Source: Eledone cirrhosa (taxonomy: Eukaryota). From it: DNA of 64,000 bases. The notes below the pieces were generated by a model that was not told the DNA's origin, searched no databases, and was given only the letters and a program-made list of their open reading frames with translations. Positions 10,745-23,970 of the stretch are shown here, in pieces (within the stretch, counting starts at the first letter, position 1; each line of letters opens with the position of its first letter). The stretch is from positions 128,298-192,297 of the forward strand of contig CAXHJY010000489.1 in assembly GCA_964016885.1 (NCBI GenBank), given 5' to 3'. Position numbers and translations under genes: made by a program.

Positions 10745-13700
10745 TCATGCAATTGACTTATGTTTCGTCAAGAAATAGCGGAAATAAAATCAAGCGTTCG
10801 TGTAGAACCCAACAATGAGGGATCTTACTGGAGTGCCTTGTTAAAAAATCTCCGCGTACCTCATGTTGAACCTAGACGCATTGAGAATGCCACTGAATCT
10901 GCAAACCACGAAGTGATTGCCATTGGTGTACCAGAAGACATAGTTGATCTTCAGGCATTTGCTGCCAGTTAATCCAAAGACCTGGGCTGTGCTCCCGCAA
11001 AGGGTGCTCTACGCCTTGGCCGACCAGGCCCGAAACCCAGGTTAATTAGACTGTCGTTTTCAAACTCAACTGAGGCACCTTCATACCTTGTAGCCTCTGA
11101 TAAAGCTAGGCGTGAAAGTCGGATTGCTTTCCGAACACGCCCTGGTCCTCCACCTGATGTCCGCCCAAAGTTGCGTGCTGCAGCTTCCTTAAACCGCAGC
11201 TCGGCAGAACATGAAAGCTTCAGCCTACGAGATGATGGGCAGATATGGAAGTTTGTTAACGCTGGCGAATAATGGAAAAGAGACACCAGCTGGTCTGAAA
11301 ACACTGTACCCACAACAACTGACAATAAAGAAACTGAAAAAACTCTGGGAAACTAATTCAGAACAACCTGCCATCCCCTGCACATAATCATAGACTGGAA
11401 TCAAGGTACAAATTGTTGTCCTTGAATGCACGTAGTCTATGCAATAAGATTCATCTTTTTGACTCCTACGTCAAAAGTATCAACCCTGACTTCATTACAG
11501 TCACGGAAACATGGGCACATCCCTTACTCTGTGATGGGGTTTTCAGCATGACTGGCTACAACCTGTTTCGTAAAGACCGCATTAATCGTCGTGGTGGTGG
11601 TGTAATGGTCTACGTTCGGTCAAATCTGTCGGCAATTCCTTGTGCTGATTTGAACCAATCACAGCAGAAAGTTTTTTTCTGCGATATACGTATGACCATG
11701 TCAACACTGCTACTTGGAGTCGTTTACCGTCCCCCAAATTACCATCAGGACACTCAACTTTGTGATATCCTCAGAGCTGCTGCCAGGAAGACAGCCACTT
11801 ATGTTTTCATTGTAGGTGACTTCAATCACCCTGAGATTGACTGGGATACCTTTCGTTGGCCGCCAAGTGCAAATGACTTCCTTGAGCTAGTGCTGGACTC
11901 GAGTTGGTCCCAGGTGGTCACCTCCCCAACGAGAGGTGACAACACTTTGGACCTACTCTTCACCACTACTCCTGAAACGGTCATTAGTGTTACTGCTGAG
12001 GAACCTTTAGGTGACTCTGATCATGCTATGATCATTGCCAATCTATCCCTCATGGGCAGTAACAAGAACCACAACCATCTCCAAACTGCTCACTTTGACT
12101 GGAATAAAGCAGACTGGAACTGTTACTGCACCGAATTGCAACGGCCAAACTGGCTTGAGTTCTACGACTCTGGAGATGTCAACATTGTACTCCAGAACAT
12201 CCTGAGCTCAATATGGACAGCATGTGCAGCATCGGTGCCACGTAAGCGGAAAAAACATCCCAAAAGCGCAATTTGGGAGACTGCAGCAGTCCGTCTTGCC
12301 AGAAAAGAACGGCGCAATGCTGAACAAATCAGACATTAGTAGGAAGAGGCGAAATAGATCGTCCAACCACCTCAAACAGGTGACAAAAAAGGCAGTGCTT
12401 CAATTTGAGCAGCGCATAGCAACCAGCCCTGACAGTAAGGTGTTCTGGAAGTATGTTCACTCAAAGCAGAGGCCTCACTCTCCAGTTGGTCCTCTTCGCA
12501 ATCCCCACACAAGCCAGGTTACTGACGACCCCAAGGAATGCGCAGAGCTCATTGCTGAATGCTATGCAGGCATTTTCACTATTGAAGACCAGAGTGTACC
12601 ATCTCCACCACCTATGACACCGGACTCTATTACAACCATGGAATTTACACCTGCAATGCTGCGACGTCACCTAAAAAATAAACGCAACCATGCCTCTCCT
12701 GGTGTTACGTACCTGCTTCTTAAACGTGGTGGGTACTTCCTTCTACACCAGTTATCACTCTTCTTCCAATTCTGTCTGAACAACAGTGCTACTCCAGAAC
12801 AGTGGAAAACTGCCAGTGTCATTCCTCTGTTCAAAAAGGGTGAATTATCGTCCAGTCAGTCTTACTAGTTGCATCGCCAAACTGATGGAATCCTGTGTCA
12901 GAGAAACACTTTGGAACTTCTGGAGCTCTCACAGTCTTATCCGGCCCTCGCAATTTGGATTTATCCCCAACTCCAGCTGCTGTGATCAACTGATAGAGTT
13001 TCTTGAGGACATCACCCGGATCACTGATGGCGGCTCATGGGTGGATGTTGTTTACCTTGACTTTGCGAAGGCCTTCAATTCTGTGCCACACAAAAGGCTT
13101 ATGGCAAAACTCTCTGCAATGGGTGTGAAGGATGATCTTTTTAACTGGTTGAAGTCCTTCATTCTCAGTCGAAGAGAGGTAGTCACGGTTCTGGGACAGC
13201 ATTCCTCACCATATGAGATGTCATCTGGTGTACCACAGGGATCTGTTCTTGGCCCCCTTTTGTTTGGGGCATATATTAATGACATAGATGCCAACTTAAA
13301 GAATGCCACAGTACTAAAGTACGCAGACGACATCAAGCTGTACCTTGAGATAAAAAGGACAGATCCTGAACACTATAGATCTTGCTTGCAGTCTGACCTG
13401 GACACAATGCAACAATGGATCTCAGACTGGCAACTCAAGCTAGCTGTGGACAAGTGCACCACCATGCATTTTGGGAGTAAAAACCCAGCGTCCACATACT
13501 CCCTCCACAGCACTAATATCAAGAAGTCTTCCTGTGAACGTGACCTGGGCATTACGGTCAGCAGCGATTTGCGTTGGACGAGGCACGTCTCTAAAATTGT
13601 CAAGAGGGCCGAGGGTGTCTTAGCATCACTCAGCAAGACCTTTGTCAGCCGCTCTCCAGATATCTATTTAAGGCTGTATACAGCTATGATGCGACCACAC

Positions 13701-14235
13701 TTAGAATTTGCATCACCAGTCTGGAACCCCTATCTTTCTCAGAACATTGACCGCCTAGAAACTGTTCAGAGACGTGCAACCAAGCGAATACCCTCCATCA
13801 GGCATCTACCATACTCTGAGCGCCTTGCTTCCCTGGGCATGGATTCATTGAAGCTCCGACGCCTGGCAACTGACTGGTAAACACCCACAAAATTGTTAAC
13901 CATGTTGCCAACAACAATCCTGAGTACCTTTTTGATTTCCATGTGCCTAACACACGTGGACATGCCCACAAAGTAAGAAAACAGCACAGTTCCCATGACT
14001 TTCGGAAACATTTTTTCACGCTCAGAGTTGCTGAAGCATGGAACAAACTACCTGCATCAGTGGTTAGCTGTCGAGACACTGCATCCTTTAAGGCCTCCAT
14101 GCTTCCCGAGATCCGCCAACACTACAGCTAACACATACACACATGTACTTCCCTGACATTTGTGTATTATTCTATGTACTATACATACACCTTTGACGAG
14201 TTGTAGTGCACCTAAGCACTTTACATAATAATTTC

Positions 14236-14250
<15 letters not shown>
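10745..14250 (+). mobile_element. CR1-clade LINE, near full length and decayed (ORF1 remnant + APE-RT ORF2, (att)n tail)
   Basis: ORF1-like RLGRPGPKPRLIRLSF. APE motifs LNARS, TETW, VYRPP, GDFN, SDH. RT motifs YRPVSLTS, YLDFAKAF, GVPQGSVLGPLLF, YADD. CR1-type C-terminus TRGH..FFTLRV..WNKLP. Confidence 0.92.
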
Positions 14251-14302
<52 letters not shown>

Positions 14303-14481
14303 TATAGGATTATCCGTGGAAACATTTGTAAGCACACAGAATAAATTACCTTTTTATGATGTCTACCTGTTATTATTCATTCTTTATATATATATATATA
14401 TAAAACGAAGGAAATGTGGTACGGAACCAGATGGACCATAACGCACCAAAGTACTCAATACTTAGGGTAGTAGAGTGGGTA

Positions 14482-14587
14482 ATAGGAACGAGTAGGACCC
14501 CGACAGCTGAGCTCAAGCTGTTTCGACGTCTAATTCTGGATTAGCCGTCGAAACCGCTTGAGCTCAGCCGTCGGGGTCCTACTCGTT

Positions 14588-14591
<4 letters not shown>
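14482..14591. repeat. ~110-bp fold-back hairpin centred on an HHR stem II
   Basis: ataggaacgagtaggaccccgac...gtttcgacgtctaat tctgg attagccgtcgaaac...gtcggggtcctactcgttcctat. Confidence 0.9.
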
Positions 14592-14645
<54 letters not shown>

Positions 14646-14650
<5 letters not shown>

Positions 14651-15426
14651 ATGCTTTGGGAGGGTCATGTTGCCAATAAGAAACACACGCACCAGTGCTT
14701 TCACTCCAATTTATTTTAAATTAAATTTATAAATTTAAGAATTTATAAATTTCCGGTTGGCTGGGTGGTTCCACAACCGGACGGTTGTTCATATATTGTC
14801 AAAGTTCTTTCGTCACACATTCTGTGACCTCTTCAAGATAGAAAAGAATCATCTGTACTCCACCAACATGCTAAAATAGAACATAAGGGTAAATTAGAGA
14901 ACATAGAAATAAAAATAGAATCTACACACAGAAAAGACGCAATGTTTAGACAAATCACAGAGGCAATAAACATAAATGAACTCCAACCAAAACATGAATG
15001 GAATAGCAACATCACAACTTACAATTAAGGACAAAATGAAAACACACACACACATAGAACAAACAACCAACCAGTAACATGTAAATAAACAAATAAATAA
15101 ACAAATATAAACACACACAAACACCCAGATGTAACACATGCGCAAACTAAGCACACAACACACACAAAAACAAGATGGCGTAGGACAGAACAAAGGAGAG
15201 GCACAAAAACAAAGAAAAGAATCTCCAGTCACTGAAGAGGTCACAGAATGTGTGACGAAAGAACTTTGACAATATATGAACAACCGTCGGGTTGTGGAAC
15301 CAACCAACCAACCGGAAATTTATAAATTCTTAAATTTATAAATTTAATTTATAATAAATTGGAGTGAAAGCAACTGGTGTGTGTGTTTCTTATTGGCAAC
15401 ATGGCCCTCCCAAAGCATAACAATAT
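14646..15426 (+). mobile_element. 5'-truncated Penelope-like element with an inverted pseudo-LTR at its 5' end
   Basis: From 14834 it translates as SSVLHQHAKIEH..DAMFRQITEAININE..EWN* (GIY-YIG C-terminus). 14646-14835 is the reverse complement of ~15233-15423. It is flanked by (TA)n. Confidence 0.85.
15228..15270 (+). ncRNA. Minimal hammerhead ribozyme motif in PLE pseudo-LTR
   Basis: gtca-CTGAAGA-g-gtcaca gaatg tgtgac-GAAA-gaac-TT-tgac. Confidence 0.72.
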
Positions 15427-15465
15427 CGGTTTCAACGCACGCTTTCATATATATATATGTATATA

Positions 15466-16810
15466 TGTTCCACCACCAAGTTACTCTCCTCCTGCCTATA
15501 GGTCTGCTCCAGCCACAGATTTGATCTGTCGCCTTCAGCAGGTTAACTTTCAGGAATTCCCACTGTTCCTCTATATTGTACGACTCTAATTGCTCTTCCT
15601 TACTGTCAAAAGCATCAAGTAATATGCTTTTAAATTTGTTACTGGCTGTGGGGTCCTTTAACTTCCATATTCTTCTCCTTGGGGTAGTCCTCCTCTGTTG
15701 TCGAGTACGTCTCGTCCTGACTATGAGGTCGCTAACTATGAGGCTATGTTGGGAGGTGTATTCTTCACGGGGGAGGGATTTAGTGTTTACAACAGACACT
15801 CTGTCACGTCTTCTAGTAAGGATATAATCTATCTGACTGGCGTGTTCCCCTGATCTATAGGTGATCAAGTGATTGTCTCGTTTTTTTGAAGTTTGTGTTA
15901 CAGATAGTTAGGTTATTAGCGTCACAGAATTCCAGGATTCTGAACCTTCCTCATTTCTAGTACCAAACCCATGGCCTCCATGGATTCCGTCATAGCCGTC
16001 ACAATGTTGTCCAACGTGACCATTTAGGTCGCCAGCAATAATTATGTAGTTACTGTCAGTTATTTGGGAGGTAGTGAGCATTAGCGACTCATAGAATCTG
16101 TCTTTTATAACGTCAGGTAGACCAGATTGGGGTGCATAAGCGGATATTATTGTCACAGTAGTTCTATTTAGGACAAGTCTTATTTTAATTATTCTGTCGT
16201 TCACTCTAGTTACGTCTATTACCTTATCTACCCATTTTCCTACTCCACCCAGCCCATTGTCATTTCCCACCCAGAAAAGTTTATAGCATCGTTTTTACCT
16301 ACAATGAATCTAGCAGACCCACCTCTCCACCTTGTCTCTTGAACACAGCAAACATCGACCTCCTTATGTTCAAGCATCTCTGCAACCTCGTTAGAGCGAC
16401 CTTTTAAGGTGCCTACATTCATGGTACCAACTCGGAAGTTTTGGATTGCGTTGGGTGGGTGAGAAGGATAGGTTGGAGGCGCAGGGAGGGGTGATGGAGA
16501 TGGGTTATGTTAGCCATCCACGGCCAAAATAAAGAGGAGTCCTTGCATTCTCTTCCGGCAACATGAGGTGAATTTGTCTTTATCTTTGACATTGTCATTG
16601 AGTGTCCAGATTCTTCAGACTCACCAGAATTCTATAGTCCATCTAGCATATCGAGAAGCAACCACGACTAAACTTAAGAAGTGATAGCCGAGGCGGTGGT
16701 TTTGTGAAAAAGATTGGTAAGAGAAACATATTATAAGCCGCTAAATTATGATTGGGCCAAATAATAATGCTGGCGAGTGGGGGCGGGGGCGGGTACGGGG
16801 AAGTTAACTT
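15466..16810 (-). mobile_element. RTE family B, 5' part only (5' UTR + APE endonuclease)
   Basis: MNVGTL..CVQETRW, SAYAPQ, AGDLNGHVG, SQIDYIL and WWWN. Breaks at a (TA)n tract. Confidence 0.93.
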
Positions 16811-17234
16811 ATTTTTATAATATACTCCTGTCAGGTCACTCTCGAGTGACCTGACAGTACAACCTATCTCATAGCTGGGTCGTCGGCGACTAAACCGGCA
16901 ACCCCACCAAGTTTACTTGGTGAGGAGGGTGACATTTGGACACCCTGCAGGATGAAATACAAGACCCGGCAAAGGGCAGAGGAACTCAACAGAGTCAATG
17001 GCCATCCAAATAGTACTTTTTTTTCCACCTGGGCGTGAAAGGCCCCCAGTTTACATGCCACCCACCCCACCTTTTTTTAATCCCAATAACTTATTTTAAT
17101 TATTGTTCACCCTAGGCTGAGGTATCTTGTCTCTAACGCGAAGAAATACCTATGATTCCTAGCAGACAACTGACGATGGATATTCCCCTCTTTCTCCCGT
17201 AACTTTTATTTTTCATTATATATATATATATATA

Positions 17235-17567
17235 TTTATATATGGTGGCTGCAAACTCTGCTAAGAGTATTGCAATCCTAGAAAGCACAACACCTTTCTA
17301 GGAGAGGGAAACTCTGAAAAAAAACCTGTGGCTTCGGAATCATCCAATGATGTTGACAAGTTCTCCTTTTTGGGTAATGTTTTCGATGCTCAGATAGTGG
17401 GATTGGTCGAGTGCAAGGTCTTTCCACACTTAAAAAACCTTCAAAGCACAGGCATTGGTTGTTCAGGATCTGTTACAGGTTAGTGTGGCTGGCTGTAGCC
17501 TAAAGGTGCACCATTTTCTGTAATCTGACAAGTGATTGCAATACTCTTAGCAGAGTTTGCAGCCACC

Positions 17568-17577
<10 letters not shown>
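17235..17577. repeat. ~250-bp segment bracketed by 35-45 bp inverted repeats within (TA)n (MITE-like or fold-back)
   Basis: tggtggctgcaaactctgctaagagtattgcaatc ... gattgcaatactcttagcagagtttgcagccacca. Confidence 0.85.
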
Positions 17578-17629
<52 letters not shown>

Positions 17630-17633
<4 letters not shown>

Positions 17634-20600
17634 TCATCATCATCATCATCAGGTTTAGCGTCCGTGTTCCACGCTTGCATGGGTTTGGACGGGGGTTTTC
17701 CCACTTGAGGCAAGAGTGGTTGTCTTGCTCGCATAGGACTGTCTGGCGGGTTTTCTACAGTTGGATGCCCTTCCTAACACCAACCACATTTACAGTGTGG
17801 GGCTGGGAGGTTTTTACCGTGTTGCCTACACGGCCACATTACAGCGTGGACTGTCTGGCGGGTTTTCTACGGCTGGATGCCCTTCCTAACACCAACCACA
17901 TTTACAGTGTGGGGCTGGGAGGTTTTTACCGTGTTGCCTACACGGCCACATTTACAGCGTGGACTGTGTGTTTTTTTGTCGTGACACCTACACGATCACA
18001 TTTGTTTCGGCCTGGATGTTGTGGGACCAACATAACTTTACATTGAAAGGGGCGGTGTGGATGGGGTGGAGCTGGTGGGACGGGGGGGGGTGGGACGGGG
18101 GTTGATAGAGATGCCTACTGACTGTAGTAGGTTTTTACTTTGTATTTAGGTAAGGCGGGTCTTCTCTATTACTGAGTACCGCCAAAGGTCTCGGTCCAGT
18201 GACATTGTCTTGGAGAGGTGTAAGCGTGTGAGGTCGGAATTTATCAGCTCATCCCATGTTTTTCTGGGTCTGCCTACTCCGTGGCTACCGTCTATCTTTA
18301 TTGCCCTGCACTTTGTTATACAGCTGTCGTCTTTCATGCGCATCACGTGACCGTACCAACGTAGCCTTCTCTCGAGTAAACAACATCTGATCCCTCTTAT
18401 TTCTAATTTTTTCCTTAGTTCGTTTATGCTTTGCCGTTCACGTATATTACTATTGCACATCCAGCGGAGCATGCAAGCTTCGTTCCTCTCTAGTCTGCGT
18501 ATATCCTCTGCACACAATGCCCAGGTCTCACTGCCATGCAGCATTGCTGTTCGTATGCAGGCATCGTATAACCTGCCTTTCATTTTTAGGGAGAACCCTC
18601 TAGCGGCTAATAGTGGTATAAGCTCTCTGAACTTTTTCCATCCAGTTCTGACTCTAGCTACTGTACTTTCAGAGCACCCTCCCCCACTGCTGATTTTGTC
18701 ACCCAGGTAACGGAAGCTGTCCACTATTTCTATAGAACCCTCTACGCAGTTGAAGGAGCTAGTATTTTGTGGGCACTTGCTGCTACTTATTGCACCAGAG
18801 CACCGGCCACATGTAAAATCTATGTTCTTAGTTAGCTTACCTGTGATCCCACTACATCTTTTATGCACCCATACTTTGCATTTGGGACATAAAATGGAGT
18901 TTCTACCTACGCCTTTCCTACACACTGAGCATGGCCATTTCCCAGATGGGACTGCCGCCTTATTTTCTTTCCTACAAACTAGAACTTTAGTCTTAGCCAG
19001 GTTAATTTTAAGGCCTTTTGATTCTAGGCCGTGCTTCCATGTTTGGAATTTCTTCTCTAGTTCGGTCATTGATTCAGCTATGAGCGTTAGATCATCTGCG
19101 TATAGGAGTTCCCATGGGCAGCCGGTCTTGAACTCCTCTGTTATAGCCTGAAGGGCAATAATAAATAGTAGGGGGCTAAGAACAGAGCCCTGATGGACAC
19201 CAACTTTTACGCTAAACTCTTCACTATATTCGTTGTTAATTCTAACCTTACTGACTGTTTCTTTATACATGGCTTGTATAGCTCTCACAAGCCATTCGTC
19301 AACACCTAGTTTTCTAAGAGACCACCAGATAATGGAACGGGGGACTCTGTCGAAGGCTTTCTCCAAGTCGACGAAAGCTAAGTATAGGGGTTTACTTTTA
19401 GCTAGGTACTTCTCCTGTAGTTGTCGTACAATGAAAAGAGCGTCTGTGGTACTTTTGCCTGACACAAATCCGAACTGCATTTCATCTAGATCAATTCTCT
19501 CTCTGATTAGTTGCGCTATTACTTTTTCCGTGACCTTCATGACCTGGTCGATTAATTTAATGCCTCTATAGTTACTCCTATCAAGGGCATCTCCTTTTCC
19601 CTTATAGCAGTTAACGATGATGCTGCTACGCCAGTCCTTCGGAACAACCCCATTCTGTACGACTTGGTTAACTATCCGGGTGACCATGGTGTGTCCCACC
19701 GAACCAGATGCCTTCAGCATCTCAGCAACTATTTCCGAAGGACCAGCCGCCTTACCCGTCTTCATATCTTTGATTGCCTTGCTTATTGTACTACCCTGGA
19801 CTAACACTGCTGGCCCCTCTATTGGGTCGATGTGGGGGAGACTGTCTTTCTCCCATTTGTTCTCCTCATTTAGAAGCCTTTCGTAGTGACACTTCCAAGC
19901 TACGTTGTAGAACATGCTTGGACTTTCTTTCCTCTGCTTCCCTTCTTGCGAAGTACACTTGTCTCCTAGCTTCCCTCCTGGCCACCTGATAGTCTTCTCT
20001 ACTTCCCCCATCCCGCCATGCTTTCCAAGCCTGCTTTTTGGCCTTAATTGACTCCTCCACCTTACTGTTCCACCACCATGTTACTCTCCTCCTACCTACA
20101 GGCCTGCTCCAGCCACAGACTTCGTCTGCCGCCGTCAGCAGGTTTGCTCTCAGGAATTCCCCCTGTTCCTCTATATTATACGACTCTAATTGCTCTTCCT
20201 TACTGTCGAAAGCGTCAAGTAATATGCTTTGAAATTTATTTCTGGCTATGGGGTCCTTTAGCTGCCATATTTTTCTCCTGAGGATAGTCCTCTTCCGCTG
20301 TCTAGTACGTCTCGTCCTGACTATGAGGTCGCTAATTATCAGTCTATGTTGGGAGGTGAATTCTTCATGGGGGAGGGATTTAGTGTTAACAACAGACACT
20401 CTGTCACGTCTTCTGGTAAGGATATAATCTACCTGGCTTGTGTATTCCCCCGATCTATAGGTGATCAAGTGATTGTCTCGTTTTTTGAAGTTAGTGTTAC
20501 AGATAGTTAAGTTATTTGCGTCGCAGAATTCCAGGATTCTGGAGCCTTCCTCATTTCTAGTACCAAACCCATAGCCTCCATGGATTCCATCATAGCCGTC

Positions 20601-21365
20601 ACAATGTTGTCAAACGTGACCATTTAGGTCGCCTGCAATAACTATATAGTCACTGTCGGTTATTTGGGAGGTAGCGAGCATCAGTGTCTCGTAGAATCTG
20701 TCTTTTATAGCACCGGGCAGTCCGGATTGTGGTGCGTACGCAGATATTACTGTCACCGTAGTTTTATTGAGGACAAGTCTTATTTTAATTATTCTGTCGT
20801 TCACTCTATTTACGTCTATTATCTTATCTGCCCACTTTTCTGCTACCATGATTCCTACCCCACCCAACCCATTGTCATTTCCCACCCAGAAAAGCTTATA
20901 GCATCGTTCTTTACCCACGATGAATCTAGCCGACCCTCCCCTCCACCTGGTCTCTTGAATACAACAAACATCGACCTCCTTACGTTCAAGCATTTCTACA
21001 ACCTCGTTAGAGCGACTCTTTAAGGTGCCTACATTCATGGTACCAACTCTGAAGTTTTGGATTGCGTTTGGAGGGTGGGAGCGGTGGGGCGCGGGGGGGA
21101 TGGGGTTATGTTAGCCATCCTGGGCCGAAACAAGGCGGAGTGCTTTCATTCTCGTCCACGAGGTGAATTTGTCTTTATCTTTGGCATTGTCGCTGAGCGT
21201 CCACATTTTTCTCTCTTCAACTCTCCAGAATTCCGTAGTCCATCCATCATATCGAAAAGCAACCAGTTAAGCGATAGTATGGGCCTCTGACTTATGATTG
21301 GTTCACGTAATAATGGTGGTGCGTGGGGGCGGGTGGGAGGGATGATGGGTTGTTAGCGAGAATGT
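17630..21365 (-). mobile_element. RTE family B, near full-length (APE-RT-PHD), inactivated by stops, frameshift and deletion
   Basis: ORFs 20610-21038, 19866-20468 and 18146-20011 (YADD intact), with a 3' UTR and (gat)n tail. Confidence 0.96.
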
Positions 21366-22089
21366 AAGGTTTAAGATAAGATCGCCGTATTTTTGGCATA
21401 ATTTAACAATAAATGAAAATACAAGATTTGTTTTGTTTAAGAAAATACGATAGAGAAAATGCGGTGATAGGGAAAATATTATTTTTAGAGAAAAAATATG
21501 ATATAGAATGGTGAAAATATGATATAGTGTGAAATTAGGACATAGAATAGTGATTGAATGAATGGATTCGAATGGAGAGAAGAATCGAGAAAAATATTTG
21601 AACGTTACTTTATACCGCAAGAACAGCCATCATCCCATTTTAATTCCACTAAACACTATACATATTTCAATGGCCCAGTTTCATCATCCGATCATGATGT
21701 AAAATTTAGACAATTTCATCAGGTGTTAATTGCAGAATTAATTTCATAAGATAACAGGATTACAGAGAATAGAAAACAGAGGACTGATTTGATTTGGAGA
21801 TGGCCCACCAGTGGTATTGTAAGAGCTAACCATCCCTGAATGTCGCACAAGCATCAATGCTAAGTATGATAGATATATTAAGAAAAAAAAATGAAGTTTT
21901 GTTCACTTGTTAGTTTTTAGGTTGGGGTGATTATTCAACACTTGAGATCTCTGTTCAATATTTTGTATATATTTTATATTTCGATATCAATATCATCTTA
22001 GTTATGTCAATAGTGTTTTTGGAAAATGTACAAAATGTACAATTACGATCTTTGAGGAATTTTAGACTATATTTTATTATATCTATCTA

Positions 22090-22560
22090 GGGCGGGTAAA
22101 ATTCCCGAGGTCCATGGACGAATTCTCTCCAGCGGACTCTGTCCCTCATCATCGCTGCCATGTCCTGCATCTCCAACAGACCAGTGTCTCTCCTTAGGGC
22201 ATCAACATATGTTAACCTCGGTCTTCCTCTTCCAGTGTGTCCATGCACAGGAGCACTGAGTGCAGTGTCAACTCTGGATGTCTGTGAGCATGTCCAGTTA
22301 ACCTCAGTCTCCTCTGTGTCACTTTCGAGCTGACTTTTGGGAAGCTCCCATACAGCTCTGAGTTCTTCACCCTCAGTGTATACTGATTAATGTTCAGAGC
22401 CATCCTCAGCATTCTCGTGTAGCACCCATCCACCATCTGAGTGAGTTTCTTGGTCAGTGTCCAAGTCTCAGACCCGTACAGCAGCACAGACCCCAATACA
22501 GCAACGAAGAGATGGATCTTCAGGTCTTTACGAAGGTCCGACTTCTACACCAATCTCAGA
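22090..22560 (-). mobile_element. 3' fragment of a third RTE-like LINE family
   Basis: SVLLYGSETWTLTK..DGCYTRMLRMALNI..RRLRLTGH.. Confidence 0.8.
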
Positions 22561-22704
22561 AGTCAATATTGTATATTTGTTGAAAGTCTGTTTTACCTGA
22601 GATATCAGTATGAAATATCAGGGTTTAAAATATCTCACTATTTCAATACCGAAACAATAAACACTTGTGTTATCTTATGATAACTCATATATGATGTGAT
22701 ATCT

Positions 22705-23805
22705 TATATCTGATAGTTATATATGAGATATCTGATAGTTATATATGAGATATCTAATGGTTACACATGAAATATCTGATGGTTACATATGAGATATGTG
22801 ATGGTTATATATGAGATATCGGATGGTTACATATGAGATATGTGATGGTTACACATGAGATATCTGATGGTTATATATGAGATATCTGATGGCTACACAT
22901 GAGATATCTGATGGTTACACATGAGATATCTAATGGTTACATATGAGATATGTGATGGTTATATATGAGATATCGGATGGTTACATATGAGATATCAGAT
23001 GGTTACACATGAGATATCTGATGGTTATATATGAGATATCTGATGGTTACACATGAGATATCTGATGGTTATATATGAGATATCTGATGGTTACACATGA
23101 GATATCTGATGGTTACACATGAGATATCAGATGGTTACACATGTGATGTCTGATGGTTACACATGAGATATCTGATGGTTACACATGAGATATCTGATGG
23201 TTATATATGAGATATCTAATGGTTACATATTAGATATGTGATGGTTACACAGGAGATATGTGATGGTTATACAGGAGATATCTGATGGTTACACAAGAGA
23301 TATCTGATGGTTACACATGAGATATCAGATGGTTACACGAGAGATATCTGATGGTTACACAGGAGATATCTGATGGTTGTACAAGAGATATCTGATGGTT
23401 ACACAGGATATATCTGATGGTTACACAAGAGATAATTGATGGTTACACATGAGATATCTGATGGTTATATATGAGATATCTAATGGTAACATATGAGATA
23501 TCTGATGGTTGCAGAGGAGATATCTGATGGTTACACAGGAGATATCCGATGGTTACACAGGATATATCTGATGGTTACACAAGAGATATCTGATGGTTAC
23601 ACATGAGATATCTGATGGTTACACAGGAGATATCTGATGGTTATATATGAGATATCTGATGCTTACACAAGAGATATCTGATGGTTACACAGGAGATATC
23701 TCATGGTTACAAAGGAGATATCTGTTGGTTACAGAGGAGATATCTGATGGTTACGCAGGAGATATTTGATGGTTACACAGGAGATATCTGATGGTTATAT
23801 ACAAG
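22705..23805. repeat. 22-bp minisatellite (atgagatatctgatggttacac), ~50 copies
   Basis: Directly visible tandem array with a variant gradient (catga to cagga). Confidence 0.96.
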
Positions 23806-23938
23806 ATTGATAGCAGACACTTAGAACATTTTCTAAAAATAGAAATTGTCCCATAACTTGTGAGATATTGATGCAGTAGTTAAACTGGGGTGTAAACCTG
23901 CAGTACATAAAGTGGAGGTAAACCCATGCAGTACATAA

Positions 23939-23970
<32 letters not shown>

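Noticed and set aside
17165-17210. ctgacga...gtaac HHR-like string
   Set aside because: GAAA is absent and stems I and III cannot be formed.
18146-21038. Possibly active RTE
   Set aside because: The RT part is open, but the APE region has a stop and there is a deletion with frameshift near 19905. The other copies are also disrupted.
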